Part shown: one piece after another, positions 9,717 to 19,579 of the stretch
How positions within the stretch are numbered: position 1 is the stretch's first letter
Layout of the letters: each line of letters begins with the position of its first letter
Assembly (NCBI GenBank): GCA_963737155.1
Contig: CAVTRN010000002.1
Location: 32,001 to 96,000, forward strand
Reading direction: 5' to 3'
DNA from: Nitrospirota bacterium
Lineage (GTDB): Bacteria > Nitrospirota > UBA9217
Length of the DNA: 64,000 bases
The notes under the pieces: generated by a model
Told to the model about the DNA's origin: nothing
What the model saw: the letters and a program-made list of their open reading frames with translations, nothing else
Database searches by the model: none
Translations under genes and position numbers: made by a program

Positions 9717-10508
9717 TTAATTCTTACTGGAAGGACGGTTCACAAAGTCTTCGATTACGTGGCGCAATCGAATAATTTCTTCTTGGATGTCTTGAAGCGA
9801 CTTCTGACGTGCAATTTCTGTATTTTGATCTTTGGTGACTCGATCAATGAAAAATGTCGCAATGAGGGCAGTGAGATACCCAAAAACCGCTATCGCGTAG
9901 ACAGATATGGCGAGACATAGAATGCGCCCGCCGGTCGTTTTTATTGGATAGCCGCTACCGATGTTCGTTATCTGCATGGCCGTCCACCAAAGAGCATTCG
10001 GATATGTGTGAATACTTTGAGGATCATCGGAGATTCTCTCAAAATGGAGCATCCCGGCTGCACCAGCGAAGATCACCACAAGGGTGAATGTGAGCACATA
10101 AGCGGCACCGCGGCGTCCGAAGGAACGACGAATAGAACTCATGCCCTGTTCCGCTGATGCGAAAATCCAGATCACCTGCATTCCGAAAGTCGCAGTCAGA
10201 GCACGTACCAGCGGGAAGGAATTCATGAAGGGGAAAAATCGCAGTACAGAGGCAAGAATCGCTAAAACAAAGAGCCAATTCCTTTTGAAAAAAGCTTTCT
10301 GATCGTCAACAGTCGCCAGACGCACGGCGAAATAAAAAATAAATAAAATCCAAATGCCTGTGCCACAATAAGATATCACGGGATTTGTGCTGTAGACGAG
10401 CTCGGTGATTAGTATGCAGAGCCAGACAAAACTGAGAAATAACATCGGCAGTTCGAGTATTTTCTCCAGAGCTAAAAGCTTCGGGTATTTTGGCGTATTG
10501 AGAGTCAT
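9717..10508 (-). CDS. Ion transporter / potassium channel family protein
   Basis: Multiple TMs, ALWWTAMQITNIGSGYPIKTTGGR pore region; start probably MTLN at 10508. Confidence 0.8.
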   Translation of the reverse strand: MTLNTPKYPKLLALEKILELPMLFLSFVWLCILITELVYSTNPVISYCGTGIWILFIFYFAVRLATVDDQKAFFKRNWLFVLAILASVLRFFPFMNSFPLVRALTATFGMQVIWIFASAEQGMSSIRRSFGRRGAAYVLTFTLVVIFAGAAGMLHFERISDDPQSIHTYPNALWWTAMQITNIGSGYPIKTTGGRILCLAISVYAIAVFGYLTALIATFFIDRVTKDQNTEIARQKSLQDIQEEIIRLRHVIEDFVNRPSSKN

Positions 10509-10904
10509 CAGCCCCCCTATTTTGCGGCGAGAGGATTGTTTGTCTTTCATGGCCGCATTATATTTGCAAAGGATCTTAGCAAAATCTACAGCGAGACAGA
10601 CAATTGCATTCTCAGACCCTAGAGTGCACGCTATGGTATGAAACATCACCAGATTGCAAAAGCCACTTGTGATCAGACTGTAGGATGGACCAATGCGCGT
10701 ATCCGGCGCTTCTGTTGAAAAATAATGCTTCGAACGCCTCCGTGTGAATGCTCCACCATAGCCCCGGTAGTAACAATAAGTTTTAGTGAACTTGCCTCTG
10801 ATATGTCCTTAATTATATCAATTATTAATCGCTTATGCTCCGGCCGATTTTTTGGCATACAGTCAAAGTATTTTATCATGCTTAGATTTATAAAACAGTC
10901 CTGA

Positions 10905-11033
10905 AATACCCAGCAGCTTGCTGCTGGGATGAAAAGGACATCCTGGCGAAGCCAGGATAAGTCTTCAGCTTCTTTGTTGTGCTTTTTTAAGGTTTCAAGT
11001 TCCGATGCCCCGCAGCTTGCTGCGGGGTAATTC
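10905..11033. mobile_element. Pair of GC-rich palindromes, MITE-like / IS200-IS605 end-like
   Basis: cccagcagc-tt-gctgctggg (10909-10928) and ccccgcagc-tt-gctgcgggg (11008-11027); no transposase between them. Confidence 0.6.
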
Positions 11034-11655
11034 ACTCTCTTTCATGTGCGTAAGTCCCATCATTGTAATGCACAGTTTGGAAATTACTGCAGCTGAAAAT
11101 ACGTAAACTATAAACACCTGGACAAATCCCAGAATAATCTGGCCGACAACATATCTGTCTAGACATATAACGTTCATCTTGTCGTTCTCTACACCTTGAT
11201 GGGCGGAAATGTATCGTCAAAATTCGACATTTGAATTTATTGATTGCTTTTTCGAAGCATTATTAATAATTAGCTTGCCGCAGAACTATCCAATATAAAT
11301 TTCGAGTAATACAGAGGTGCATCAATCGGATAAAGTAGGCTTGTCAAATACTACTTTATCTAAAAAAGGATATTCCCGAGAACAAGTTTAACAGTATTTT
11401 TCGGAAAGATTATGCGTATATTTTCGCAGTAGGATTTTATAAGAGCGGCTAGGGAAACATGAGCAGAATAAATGCATAAATAATTTGAGCGTTTGGCCAG
11501 CTTGTAGCGATTTAGTGCTGGCAAGAAGAACTCATTTTAACGTAAACATAATTGAAACAGCACCCAAAATTAACTCCATGATTGACAGAAGTATTCTCCA
11601 TTGCTATTGATAATTGCCAATTGGTAAGATATAATGGCAATTATTGGAGGCGGGC

Positions 11656-11919
11656 ATGAAAACAACGCTGGACCGTTTCGGACGAGTAGTGATCCCCAAG
11701 GACATCCGGGATCGGCTGGGATTACGGCCGGGGGCGGAAATTGAGATTGACGAGAAAGGCAATGAGGTCGTGCTGAAACCCGTTGAACACGAACCCCCGC
11801 TCAGGGTGAAAGAGGGCATCCTTGTTTTCTCAGGGTCAGCGACCGGAGATATCAGGGGCGCTGTTCGGGCGCATCGTGAAGAACGGCTGAGACAGGCTGC
11901 GTCCGGAAAGAAATCATGA
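11656..11919 (+). CDS. AbrB/MazE/SpoVT-family antitoxin
   Basis: MKTTLDRFGRVVIPKDIRDRLGLRPGAEI; RBS ggagg; upstream ttgcca..tggcaa inverted repeat. Confidence 0.9.
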   Translation: MKTTLDRFGRVVIPKDIRDRLGLRPGAEIEIDEKGNEVVLKPVEHEPPLRVKEGILVFSGSATGDIRGAVRAHREERLRQAASGKKS

Positions 11920-12350
11920 AAGCGCTGCTCGACACCTCGGTGCTCGTAGCCGCACTCGTGGAGCCGCACCCAGAGCATCTGCGCGCGCTTCCGTGGCTTG
12001 CAAAGGCGAAATCGAGGTCAACTGAACTGGTGATATCCTCTCACACCATCGCCGAACTCTACGCCGTGCTCACAACCCTGCCGGTCAGTCCGAGGATCAC
12101 ACCGGGTTTTGCATGGCGGCTTATCCACGAAAGTATTGAGCCTCATGTTTCTATCGTGTCACTCACATCCTCCGAATATATTGCAACCGTCAGACACCTG
12201 AGCGAAATAGGGCTTTCCGGAGGCGCTGTTTATGACGCTCTCATCGTGAAGGCTGCGCAGAAGGCCGAGGCCGATCGCATAGTGACCTTTAACGTGAACG
12301 ATTTTAAACGTGTCTGGCCCGAAGGTGCGAGCGATATCGTCGCGCCATGA
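11916..12350 (+). CDS. vapC: PIN-domain (VapC-like) toxin
   Basis: LLDTSVLV...AELY...YDALI...IVTFNVNDF acidic residues; ATGA overlap. Confidence 0.9.
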   Translation: MKALLDTSVLVAALVEPHPEHLRALPWLAKAKSRSTELVISSHTIAELYAVLTTLPVSPRITPGFAWRLIHESIEPHVSIVSLTSSEYIATVRHLSEIGLSGGAVYDALIVKAAQKAEADRIVTFNVNDFKRVWPEGASDIVAP

Positions 12351-12734
12351 ACACGCGCTGTGTAAGCGCTTACGTAACGGCCTGTAAGAGATTTGTGTCA
12401 CATAAAGCGTCTCCACATCATCAACTATAGGGTCATCTTCGTCGATGAATGAAACGTTGTGCTCGTTTACGAAGTAAAGCATAGACAGGAGGCATACTGT
12501 GATTAAGTCACAGATCGTGAAAGAAAACGACAAACCGGTGGACTGCGGTGTCTATCTATGGGAGTCTGTAAATGGATGGTAGGATTCTTACAGCATTTTT
12601 AGCATCCGAGCGATTTGACTGACGAAAGACAGGAGATCAGAAATGCCGTAAATCGGTTGAATAAAGTCATTAGTCGCGAGTATTAATATCCGGCTCACCC
12701 TGGAAGCGAAGCTTAAAAGATCCTTGGTGTCTGC

Positions 12735-12934
12735 AACCCGAAGGTCGTCGGTTCAAATCCGGCTCCCGCTAGCAAACTTATCATGAGGTTACAGCATTTG
12801 CTGTACCCCTATTCTTTTTTAACATCCTGTCTCGCGTCCTGCCAATAAAACGCATTTGTGTATGATAAGCTCTTGAATTGTTTGGGACGGGAAAGGGGAG
12901 ACATTGAGCATGAATGAGGGAGCCCACCCGAAGA
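12735..12934 (+). repeat. tRNA-Met 3'-half repeat copy 4 + terminator + element X copy ending in the first bases of a further fragment
   Basis: aacccgaaggtcgtcggttcaaatccggctcccgctagca; ggttacagc..gctgtacc; X element; ends gagcccacccgaag. Confidence 0.88.
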
Positions 12935-12974
12935 GGGTTTTCCCGATACAGACGGTTTTGTCGGCGAGGTAGCT

Positions 12975-13220
12975 TTATGAATTAACATTGAGGGTCTGGA
13001 GCTGGGTGACCTCCTGTTTAAAATATCGAGGAAGACCGCTTAAAATTGCGTCAAGTATGTCTGCAACTCGGGGGAACTTTCCTTTTACGGCTGCCAGCCG
13101 TTTCTTGTCGCGTCCGCAGACGATGACCGTGCTGCCGCGCCCGTGAAACGCCTCGGCAATGTCGAGACCGATGCCGCTGGTGCCTCTTGTTGCGAGAACG
13201 GATCTGCCCGATAGTTTCAT
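12975..13220 (-). pseudogene. Truncated short-chain dehydrogenase (N-terminal Rossmann part)
   Basis: VLATRGTSGIGLDIA...VIVCGRD, then similarity lost. Confidence 0.75.
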
Positions 13221-13274
13221 GGCAGCTCCTCATCAAAGGCATGATGGCTGATAAGGTCCTTCGCTGATTCTCTT

Positions 13275-13790
13275 TTAAATCAACGGCAACAGGCTGCTGA
13301 AGTCATTATTAATCCCCATCATCTCTAAATAAAGAGAAAGCATGCCCCGATGATGGGTTTGGTGATTAAATATATGCAAAATGGAACCCCCGACATTTTT
13401 ACTGACCGTCTCCCCTCTCATATTCGCAAATGATAATGTCTTATCCAGATCGTTTTCCGTAAGCTCATCCATAAGCATGATTAGTTTTTTATCCAGTTCA
13501 TCTCTTTTAGAAAGGTAGTCAACAACGGCAACGAAAGGCTGCGAACCATAGGTTAAGTTCTGATCGAAAAGGGGATCTTTAAAATATTGAAAATCCCTGA
13601 ATTGGCCGAACCTTTTGAGCCAGCTGAAATCACTGATATAAATATGGCCGCACAGGTGCTCCATGGTCTTGAAGTATCCCGCTAACTCCCGGTTCCACTG
13701 CGTGTTACTTAACGTGCGAATTTTGTCAGCCATTTTTTGATTTGCAACCAGATTATACTGCGCCAACAACTTGCATGTCTTGATATCCAT
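13275..13790 (-). CDS. DinB family protein
   Basis: YNLVANQKM...HI...D..W...HIFNHQTHHRG. Confidence 0.9.
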   Translation of the reverse strand: MDIKTCKLLAQYNLVANQKMADKIRTLSNTQWNRELAGYFKTMEHLCGHIYISDFSWLKRFGQFRDFQYFKDPLFDQNLTYGSQPFVAVVDYLSKRDELDKKLIMLMDELTENDLDKTLSFANMRGETVSKNVGGSILHIFNHQTHHRGMLSLYLEMMGINNDFSSLLPLI

Positions 13791-14551
13791 ATAACCTCCT
13801 GATCCGTGATAGGGGGACAGGAACGACCTTAATTCTTATTGTTTCCACTACTATAGAGTCATCGATCAGAAATCGTGTACCCGTTGCTATATAGTTTAGC
13901 AGAAAAAGATGCCATGATTGATCTGATGTATGATCGGATCTCAGCATGATTGGAAATTATCAGATTTTGCGGCCCAGAAAACAGACAGTGGCAGCCCCAC
14001 GGCGCAGAAAAGGCCGTCCGCATGCAAGCGCTTGCCTTAATACAAGCAATCAAGCCCATATCAGGGGGTAGCTTCCATTTACAACGGCGGGCTCTATGTA
14101 GCGAGCATCAGCAGTTTTGTATATGTGATCGACCGCAGAGGGGATAAAATGTAGTTGACGGGAAGATACGAATAGAAAAAATAGATTATCAGTGATTTTT
14201 TTGGTGAGGATGGAAAAAAGTTGAACCCTCATGGGATTGCTACCGCGACATTTTGAGTCTCGGTTGTATGCCAGTTCCACCACATCCCCGGCTAATTTTT
14301 TAGCCAAATTTTAGCGAGGTTTTTAAAGCAGAGCGTTACTGACCGGTTTTGAAAGGGAAATAATTCTTAGACGCAGAAGACCTCAACGGATATTGAGTCC
14401 TCTTTAAAAGTATATGGGGGAGAAAATCCAGGGCAGTCCGTAAGATTCCTTAGGGGGGAGACTACCTTAAGTGGTCAGGAAATGCATCTTTCCGCGAATC
14501 TCAAGGCTCTCAATCCTTGACATATGTAATCAATTGTAGTACATTGTATAC

Positions 14552-15049
14552 ATGAAGATTGTATTTGATTCTTCTGCGCTTATTCTACTAGCAAAAACAG
14601 ATCTGCTTCGGGAAGTGGCGAAACAGGTTGTTATAATTATTTCAGAAGATGTAAAGAGAGAATGCCTGGTAAAAAAGACTCCTGACGCGGAACTCGTTTC
14701 CCTTCTTATTCAAGAGGGAAAGATCATCGTGCAGGAAGCAGTTGATGCCAAGGCAATCAAGAAACTCCAGATGGATTTTCGGATTGCAAAAGCAGAGGCG
14801 GAGGCGGTTTGGTTGGCTAAAAAATATGAACTTCCAATAGCCATTGACGACGGGCCGGGAATAAAGGCGAGCAAAGTGCTTGGACTGCGGTTTTTAACGG
14901 CAATACACTTCCTGCTTCGCCTTTCATCTCACAATAAACTGTCACCGGAATTGGCGCAGGAAAAACTTACGAAATTGGCCCAGATGGGGAGATACAACAC
15001 GAGAATCATCGAAGATGCGATGAACCGGTTGAAAGAGGGGAGAGAATAA
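14552..15049 (+). CDS. PIN-domain protein (DUF3368-like toxin)
   Basis: IVFDSSALILLAK...EAEAVWLA...IDD. Confidence 0.8.
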   Translation: MKIVFDSSALILLAKTDLLREVAKQVVIIISEDVKRECLVKKTPDAELVSLLIQEGKIIVQEAVDAKAIKKLQMDFRIAKAEAEAVWLAKKYELPIAIDDGPGIKASKVLGLRFLTAIHFLLRLSSHNKLSPELAQEKLTKLAQMGRYNTRIIEDAMNRLKEGRE

Positions 15050-15051
15050 CT

Positions 15052-15336
15052 ATGGGTGTAATAAGTTTACGGCTTGAGAATTCAGAGTTGCGGCGCATCG
15101 ATGATCTTTCCAGCCAGGAGCATAAGGGACGATCGACGATTGCCCGTGAGCTTATTCAACAGGGCTTGCAGTTTCGGATGATAAAACAGTACCGGGAGGG
15201 GAAGCTGTCCCTGGGAATCCTGGCAAAGAGCCTTGATGTCTCGATCGGCGAGGCAATCGATATGCTGGCCGAGTTCGGGATAGAATCGCCTGTTGAGTAT
15301 GAAGATTATCTCAAGGGTTTGGATGTTAAGTGGTAA
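15052..15336 (+). CDS. UPF0175-like antitoxin (RHH + HTH)
   Basis: VISLRL...RSTIARELI...YREGKLSLGILAKSLDVS. Confidence 0.8.
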   Translation: MGVISLRLENSELRRIDDLSSQEHKGRSTIARELIQQGLQFRMIKQYREGKLSLGILAKSLDVSIGEAIDMLAEFGIESPVEYEDYLKGLDVKW

Positions 15337-15386
15337 TTATTTTGTGATGTTTCATTAATCATACCTTCACGTCGGTTACCGGTCCT

Positions 15387-15826
15387 GATCCTGACCACTT
15401 CGTTGGTGAGTTTAGATACATAACGTTCGGCATGTCTGCGATGGGCAGAGTGCTTGTGATTATTCATGCCGACGCAAAAGACACAATCAGAATAATGAGT
15501 GGTCGTGTGGCGAGCAAAGGAGAACGAAAGCTTTATGAAGAAGAACAAACCATCATCTCAAAATGAACTTTGTGAGGAGTACAGGCGAGCGGATTTCACC
15601 GGCCCGCTGGTACGAGGTAAGTATGACCACCCGGTTGCGCGAGGCATCGAACATCATTGTCCTGAAACCAGATGTTGCGGCGGTATTTCCTAACGGAGAA
15701 GCAGTCAATAAAGCCTTGCAATCCCTGATCGCAGTTGCTCGAGCAACGACGAGTCTGAAAAAGCGGCCAAGCGTGCGCGACAATAAAGTCGGTCTGCCTA
15801 GCCTCGTGTTTCAAATAGTAAGATAG
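15387..15826 (+). pseudogene. Decayed BrnT toxin C-terminal half plus frameshifted antitoxin
   Basis: DPDHFVGEFRYITFGMS..RVLVII...IRIMSGRVASKGERKLYE, then MKK..EEY..DF..VRGKY / VLKPDVAAVFPNGEAVNKAL. Confidence 0.8.
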
Positions 15827-16105
15827 CGCAGTTAAGAAAATCGCAATTCAATGGTTATTTCTTCAGACCTCTTCGATGCCTACCTTAACTGCCCATCCAA
15901 GTGGCGGTTCCGTTTTAAAAATGAAGTGGCTACTGGCATATGTATTCTCAGGTCCACACAGGACGTGTGGAATTCATTTATTCTGGTCAAGACAGGATAT
16001 GTGTGGAGTACGTGTGTATGTCCGCACATAATGTGCGGATAGTGTTGAGATATTAAATTATATATGAAAATCATACGTAAAATTTTGTGAAAAAAGGCGC
16101 TCAAA

Positions 16106-16228
16106 GAGCCCGCCCGACGGTCAGAGGTTCAAAATCCGGCCCCGTCGCCAAACGTATCAGGAGGTTACCGTATTTACTGCAGCCCCTTTTTTTATCAGGA
16201 CAGTAACAAGACAGCTACAGGAAAGTTC
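16106..16228 (+). repeat. tRNA-Met 3'-half repeat copy 5 (chimeric T-arm) + terminator + three 11-bp repeats
   Basis: gagcccgcccgacggtcagaggttcaaaatccggccccgtcgcca; hairpin plus T-run; caggacagtaa/caagacagcta/caggaaagttc. Confidence 0.82.
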
Positions 16229-16442
16229 GACTACCCGCTCATCACCCTTGCAGCATGCCAGTTTCCCACTCCGGATATCCTCTTGCACACCTTGAAATCA
16301 CTTCGCTCAGGCAGGTTATAATGGCGTTGTCATTATTTCCGCACCAAAAACGGATAAAGCCTGTGCATCTGTCATTGAATATAGTTGACATCTGATGAGA
16401 GGGAGTGCTATCTTATAGACATCTATTAGAAAAGAGGGTGCC

Positions 16443-16706
16443 TTGGTATACGAAGACTTTGATTGGGACGCAGCCAACATCGAACATATAGCTGAACACA
16501 ACGTCACTCCGGATGAAGTAGAAGAAGCGTGCGTGGGCGACCCGTACACGCGCAAGACCGGTGAGGGCCACTATCTAGTTTACGGAGCCACTGACAACGG
16601 CAGATATCTTTTCATTGTTGGCATTAATAAGGGACGCGGTGTTTTCAGGACCATTACGGCACGAGACATGACTGATCGGGAAAAATCATTGTATAAGAGG
16701 AGATGA
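16443..16706 (+). CDS. brnT: BrnT family toxin
   Basis: FDWDAANIEHIAEHNVTPDEVEE...GATDNGRYL...RTITARDMTDREK. Confidence 0.88.
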   Translation: MVYEDFDWDAANIEHIAEHNVTPDEVEEACVGDPYTRKTGEGHYLVYGATDNGRYLFIVGINKGRGVFRTITARDMTDREKSLYKRR

Positions 16707-16972
16707 TCCGTATGAGTAAAATGAAAAAAATACCTAAATTTAAATCAGAAAAAGAAGAGGCCGATTTTTGGTCAACACACGATAGTACCGGGTACGAATC
16801 AGAAGAAACGAAAGTCAAGTTTGTACGTCCTAAGAAAAAGCTCGTATCTCTCAGGCTGGACGATAAAACGATTCATCAGCTGAAAAAAATCGCGGAGAGC
16901 AAAGGTATAGGTTACCTTCAACTGGTCCGCATGTGGGTGCTTGAAAATCTCAGCAAAACAAAGGCCGCTTGA
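16703..16972 (+). CDS. BrnA/CopG-like antitoxin
   Basis: IPKFKSEKEEADFWSTHD...VSLRLD...LKKIA..KGIGYLQLVRMW. Confidence 0.88.
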   Translation: MIRMSKMKKIPKFKSEKEEADFWSTHDSTGYESEETKVKFVRPKKKLVSLRLDDKTIHQLKKIAESKGIGYLQLVRMWVLENLSKTKAA

Positions 16973-17274
16973 TTAATGTTAGAAGCATATCAAGTGTTTT
17001 AGTTGGGTGGAGTCTGCGTTATCGGCGTTCCAGTAGTTACAGCAGGTTCTGTCGAAACTTGCTTGAATGTTGACTAGTCCTCGTCGTTCTTCATAACAAA
17101 GTAGTCGCCGGTTACAGCCATCGTATGAGGTTGAAGATGTTGATTGCTCAGTAGTTGCACCCCCGGCGTAATCGAATCGCCGTTCATTTCGAAGGCCTAC
17201 TTGGAGCGCCGTAAAAAAACTGTCTGCTCCCTGGTTTGGTATTTTTCTCCAAGGATAAACCCTGAGGCAACTGT

Positions 17275-17604
17275 TTGTGTGCTAACCCTTCAACAAAGCT
17301 GTTGTTCGAAATGGGTAAATCACTCGGCTACACTTTTGACGAAATGCATGTTAAACGAGCGATCTATGCACCAGAAGCTCATGCCCAGAATGAGAATGAA
17401 GCCTTGCTTATTCGGCGAGGTTTAATCGGGTTGCTGTCTGGAAATGCCCGTCTTAAAATGGACGTCACAAGCCATCCTGTCCGTGAAGAAATGCTTGCGG
17501 AGCAGAAGGTCCTTAGGGATGGGATACAAGAGTTGATCGATGGAAAGCGGAAATTAGGAGTTTTTATTTCCCGTGAAGCCGATAGTAAGCAAAAGGATAC
17601 GTAA
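17275..17604 (+). pseudogene. 5'-truncated conserved hypothetical fragment (DUF6680-like)
   Basis: LLFEMGKSLGYTFDEMHVKRAIYAPEAH motif without a credible start. Confidence 0.5.
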
Positions 17605-17863
17605 CAATCCGATGGAATAGCCCGTTACGCGTCTCTTCCCCCTTTTCATACCAGCTGTATTACAATCTGCTTAGGCGCACCTACCCTGCATTGAGGAAAA
17701 AGATAGATATGATTTTAATGTTCATACTCTTCTACCACCCAACGCCGATGAGTTACGTAATCGATAAGTGCTCCTTCGCTTTATAGACGCGACCGTCAAA
17801 GACCGATCCGGCTTCTGTTTGAGAAGGCGGAGGAATCGTCTGTTCATCAAACTTCACTGCATC

Positions 17864-18946
17864 TTACTTTTCAAAGAGCTTCGAGTACGTCCCGTACCCG
17901 TCCTTTACCAAGTCCTCCTTGGGGATGAACCTGAGCGCCGCGGAATTCATGCAGTAGCGCAGGCGCGTCGGAGCCGGGCCGTCGTTGAACACATGACCAA
18001 GGTGTGAGTTGGCATGTTTGCTTCTTACCTCTGTCCTGACCGAAACCAAACTGCGGTCCTCTTTCGTCACAATGTTGCCGGGTACGAGTGGCTTGGTGAA
18101 GCTCGGCCATCCGGTGCCTGAATCGTATTTGTCGAGGGAGCTGAACAGGGGCTCGCCGGAGACGATATCGACATAGATCCCTGGTCTGTGGTTGTCCCAG
18201 TACTCATTGCCGTAAGGCGGCTCTGTGCCTTCCTGTTGAGTCACATTGTATTGTATCGGGGTCAGTTTTTTTCTCAACTCTTCTTTGGACTGCTTCACAT
18301 AAACAGCTGTATTATTGGCTTCATCATTCTCTGTGTGTATCATGGCCTCCTTTCCCCAAACCTTTTTTAGGTACTGATCGCGGCCCGAATTGTACCGGTA
18401 AAACTTATACCGGATCGGGTTCTTTTTCCAATAATCCTGATGGTACTCCTCAGCACGGTAAAAGGGGCCGGCAGGTCGGATCTCAGTAACGATTGGTTTA
18501 TTGAACCGCCCCGATCGTTCAAGGTCCTTTTTCGATTCTTCCGCCAGCCGCTTTTGTTCCTCGTTATGATAAAAGATGGCGGACATGTACGACGGCCCTC
18601 GGTCAACGAACTGACCACCGGCGTCAGTGGGGTCAATTTGTCTCCAGAACACATCAAGGAGCTTCTTGTAGCTCACCATCGCAGGATCATACATGATTTC
18701 CACGGATTCCAGGTGGCCCGTGGTTTCGGAAGTCACATCCTCATAGGTAGGATTAACTGTATGCCCGCCGGTATAGCCGGAGATAACCTCCTTTACTCCG
18801 TCCAGTTTCTCGAAAGGCGGGGTCATGCACCAGAAGCACCCTCCCGCGAAGGTCGCTTTATCAAGAGGCGGCATAGTACCCGCGTTGGCTTGGGTTACAG
18901 TGAGCGGCAGAACCAGTAATATCCCCATCAATAATTTCTCAAGCAT
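17864..18946 (-). CDS. msrAB: Exported bifunctional methionine sulfoxide reductase MsrA/MsrB
   Basis: Signal peptide; [16 protein letters not shown] (MsrA); [20 protein letters not shown] (MsrB). Confidence 0.96.
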   Translation of the reverse strand: MLEKLLMGILLVLPLTVTQANAGTMPPLDKATFAGGCFWCMTPPFEKLDGVKEVISGYTGGHTVNPTYEDVTSETTGHLESVEIMYDPAMVSYKKLLDVFWRQIDPTDAGGQFVDRGPSYMSAIFYHNEEQKRLAEESKKDLERSGRFNKPIVTEIRPAGPFYRAEEYHQDYWKKNPIRYKFYRYNSGRDQYLKKVWGKEAMIHTENDEANNTAVYVKQSKEELRKKLTPIQYNVTQQEGTEPPYGNEYWDNHRPGIYVDIVSGEPLFSSLDKYDSGTGWPSFTKPLVPGNIVTKEDRSLVSVRTEVRSKHANSHLGHVFNDGPAPTRLRYCMNSAALRFIPKEDLVKDGYGTYSKLFEK

Positions 18947-18948
18947 GG

Positions 18949-19311
18949 TCAGTTCCTCTCTTTCATCTTCATTGTTTCCACATACGTCCCTGCCTTCTTC
19001 AAGGCCGTTTCCATCTCTTCAATCGTGATCACCTTCGGATCGTAATAAACAGTATCTGTCTCATGAACATAATGAAAGCCTGTCTCGATCTTCTCAATTC
19101 CCCTTAGCCCCTGCAGGGCCGCCTTGCCTTCGTCATAGCACTTGACCTTGAAGATCACCTTCGACGTTCCCGCTTCCTGTGCCAAGGCTACGCGGTCACC
19201 TGAGAACAAGGACAGGTATGCCGTCCTGACAGCTCCGCCTGCATGGGTGAGCAGCACAATGAGCGCGAAGACGAACACCGCTATGCCTGTGGCGATAAAT
19301 TTTGTCTTCAT
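18949..19311 (-). CDS. Exported small HMA/ferredoxin-like fold protein co-transcribed with msrAB
   Basis: Signal/TM; single Cys (KCYD); [21 protein letters not shown] resembles an HMA C-terminus. Confidence 0.65.
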   Translation of the reverse strand: MKTKFIATGIAVFVFALIVLLTHAGGAVRTAYLSLFSGDRVALAQEAGTSKVIFKVKCYDEGKAALQGLRGIEKIETGFHYVHETDTVYYDPKVITIEEMETALKKAGTYVETMKMKERN

Positions 19312-19409
19312 AAACCCCTCCCCGAGAGAAATGTCTCATGAACTTGTTTCGTCACAGGTTTTCCTCTGTGCCCTTTGTAGTTTCATGATTTATCCCTCTG
19401 TTTGATTAA

Positions 19410-19463
19410 AAGATACCTTTTTAAGGTCACGAAATCATCACAATGGGATAATATGATGGTCAC
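19410..19463 (-). promoter_or_regulatory. 39-bp GTGAY repeat box + -10 (copy 1)
   Basis: Minus strand gtgacc-atcata-ttatcc-catt-gtgatg-atttc-gtgacc-N9-TATCTT. Confidence 0.75.
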
Positions 19464-19579
19464 GTGGATGTATAAACCTAAAGACTGATTGGCTATGGGC
19501 GAATGGTTATGGAAGGTCCCGGTTAACGGGAGGTTGAAGGAGTTAAGGGATAACCGGCGCGAAAAACGCGCCAGTTATC

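Noticed and set aside
10673-11035. 120-aa ORF starting MNYPAASCG
   Set aside because: Translation of the palindromic MITE-like element; likely spurious
17599-17631. Integron attC-like cgtaac...gttacg at the end of a cassette-like gene
   Set aside because: About 30 bp, far shorter than attC, with no L boxes and no integron integrase
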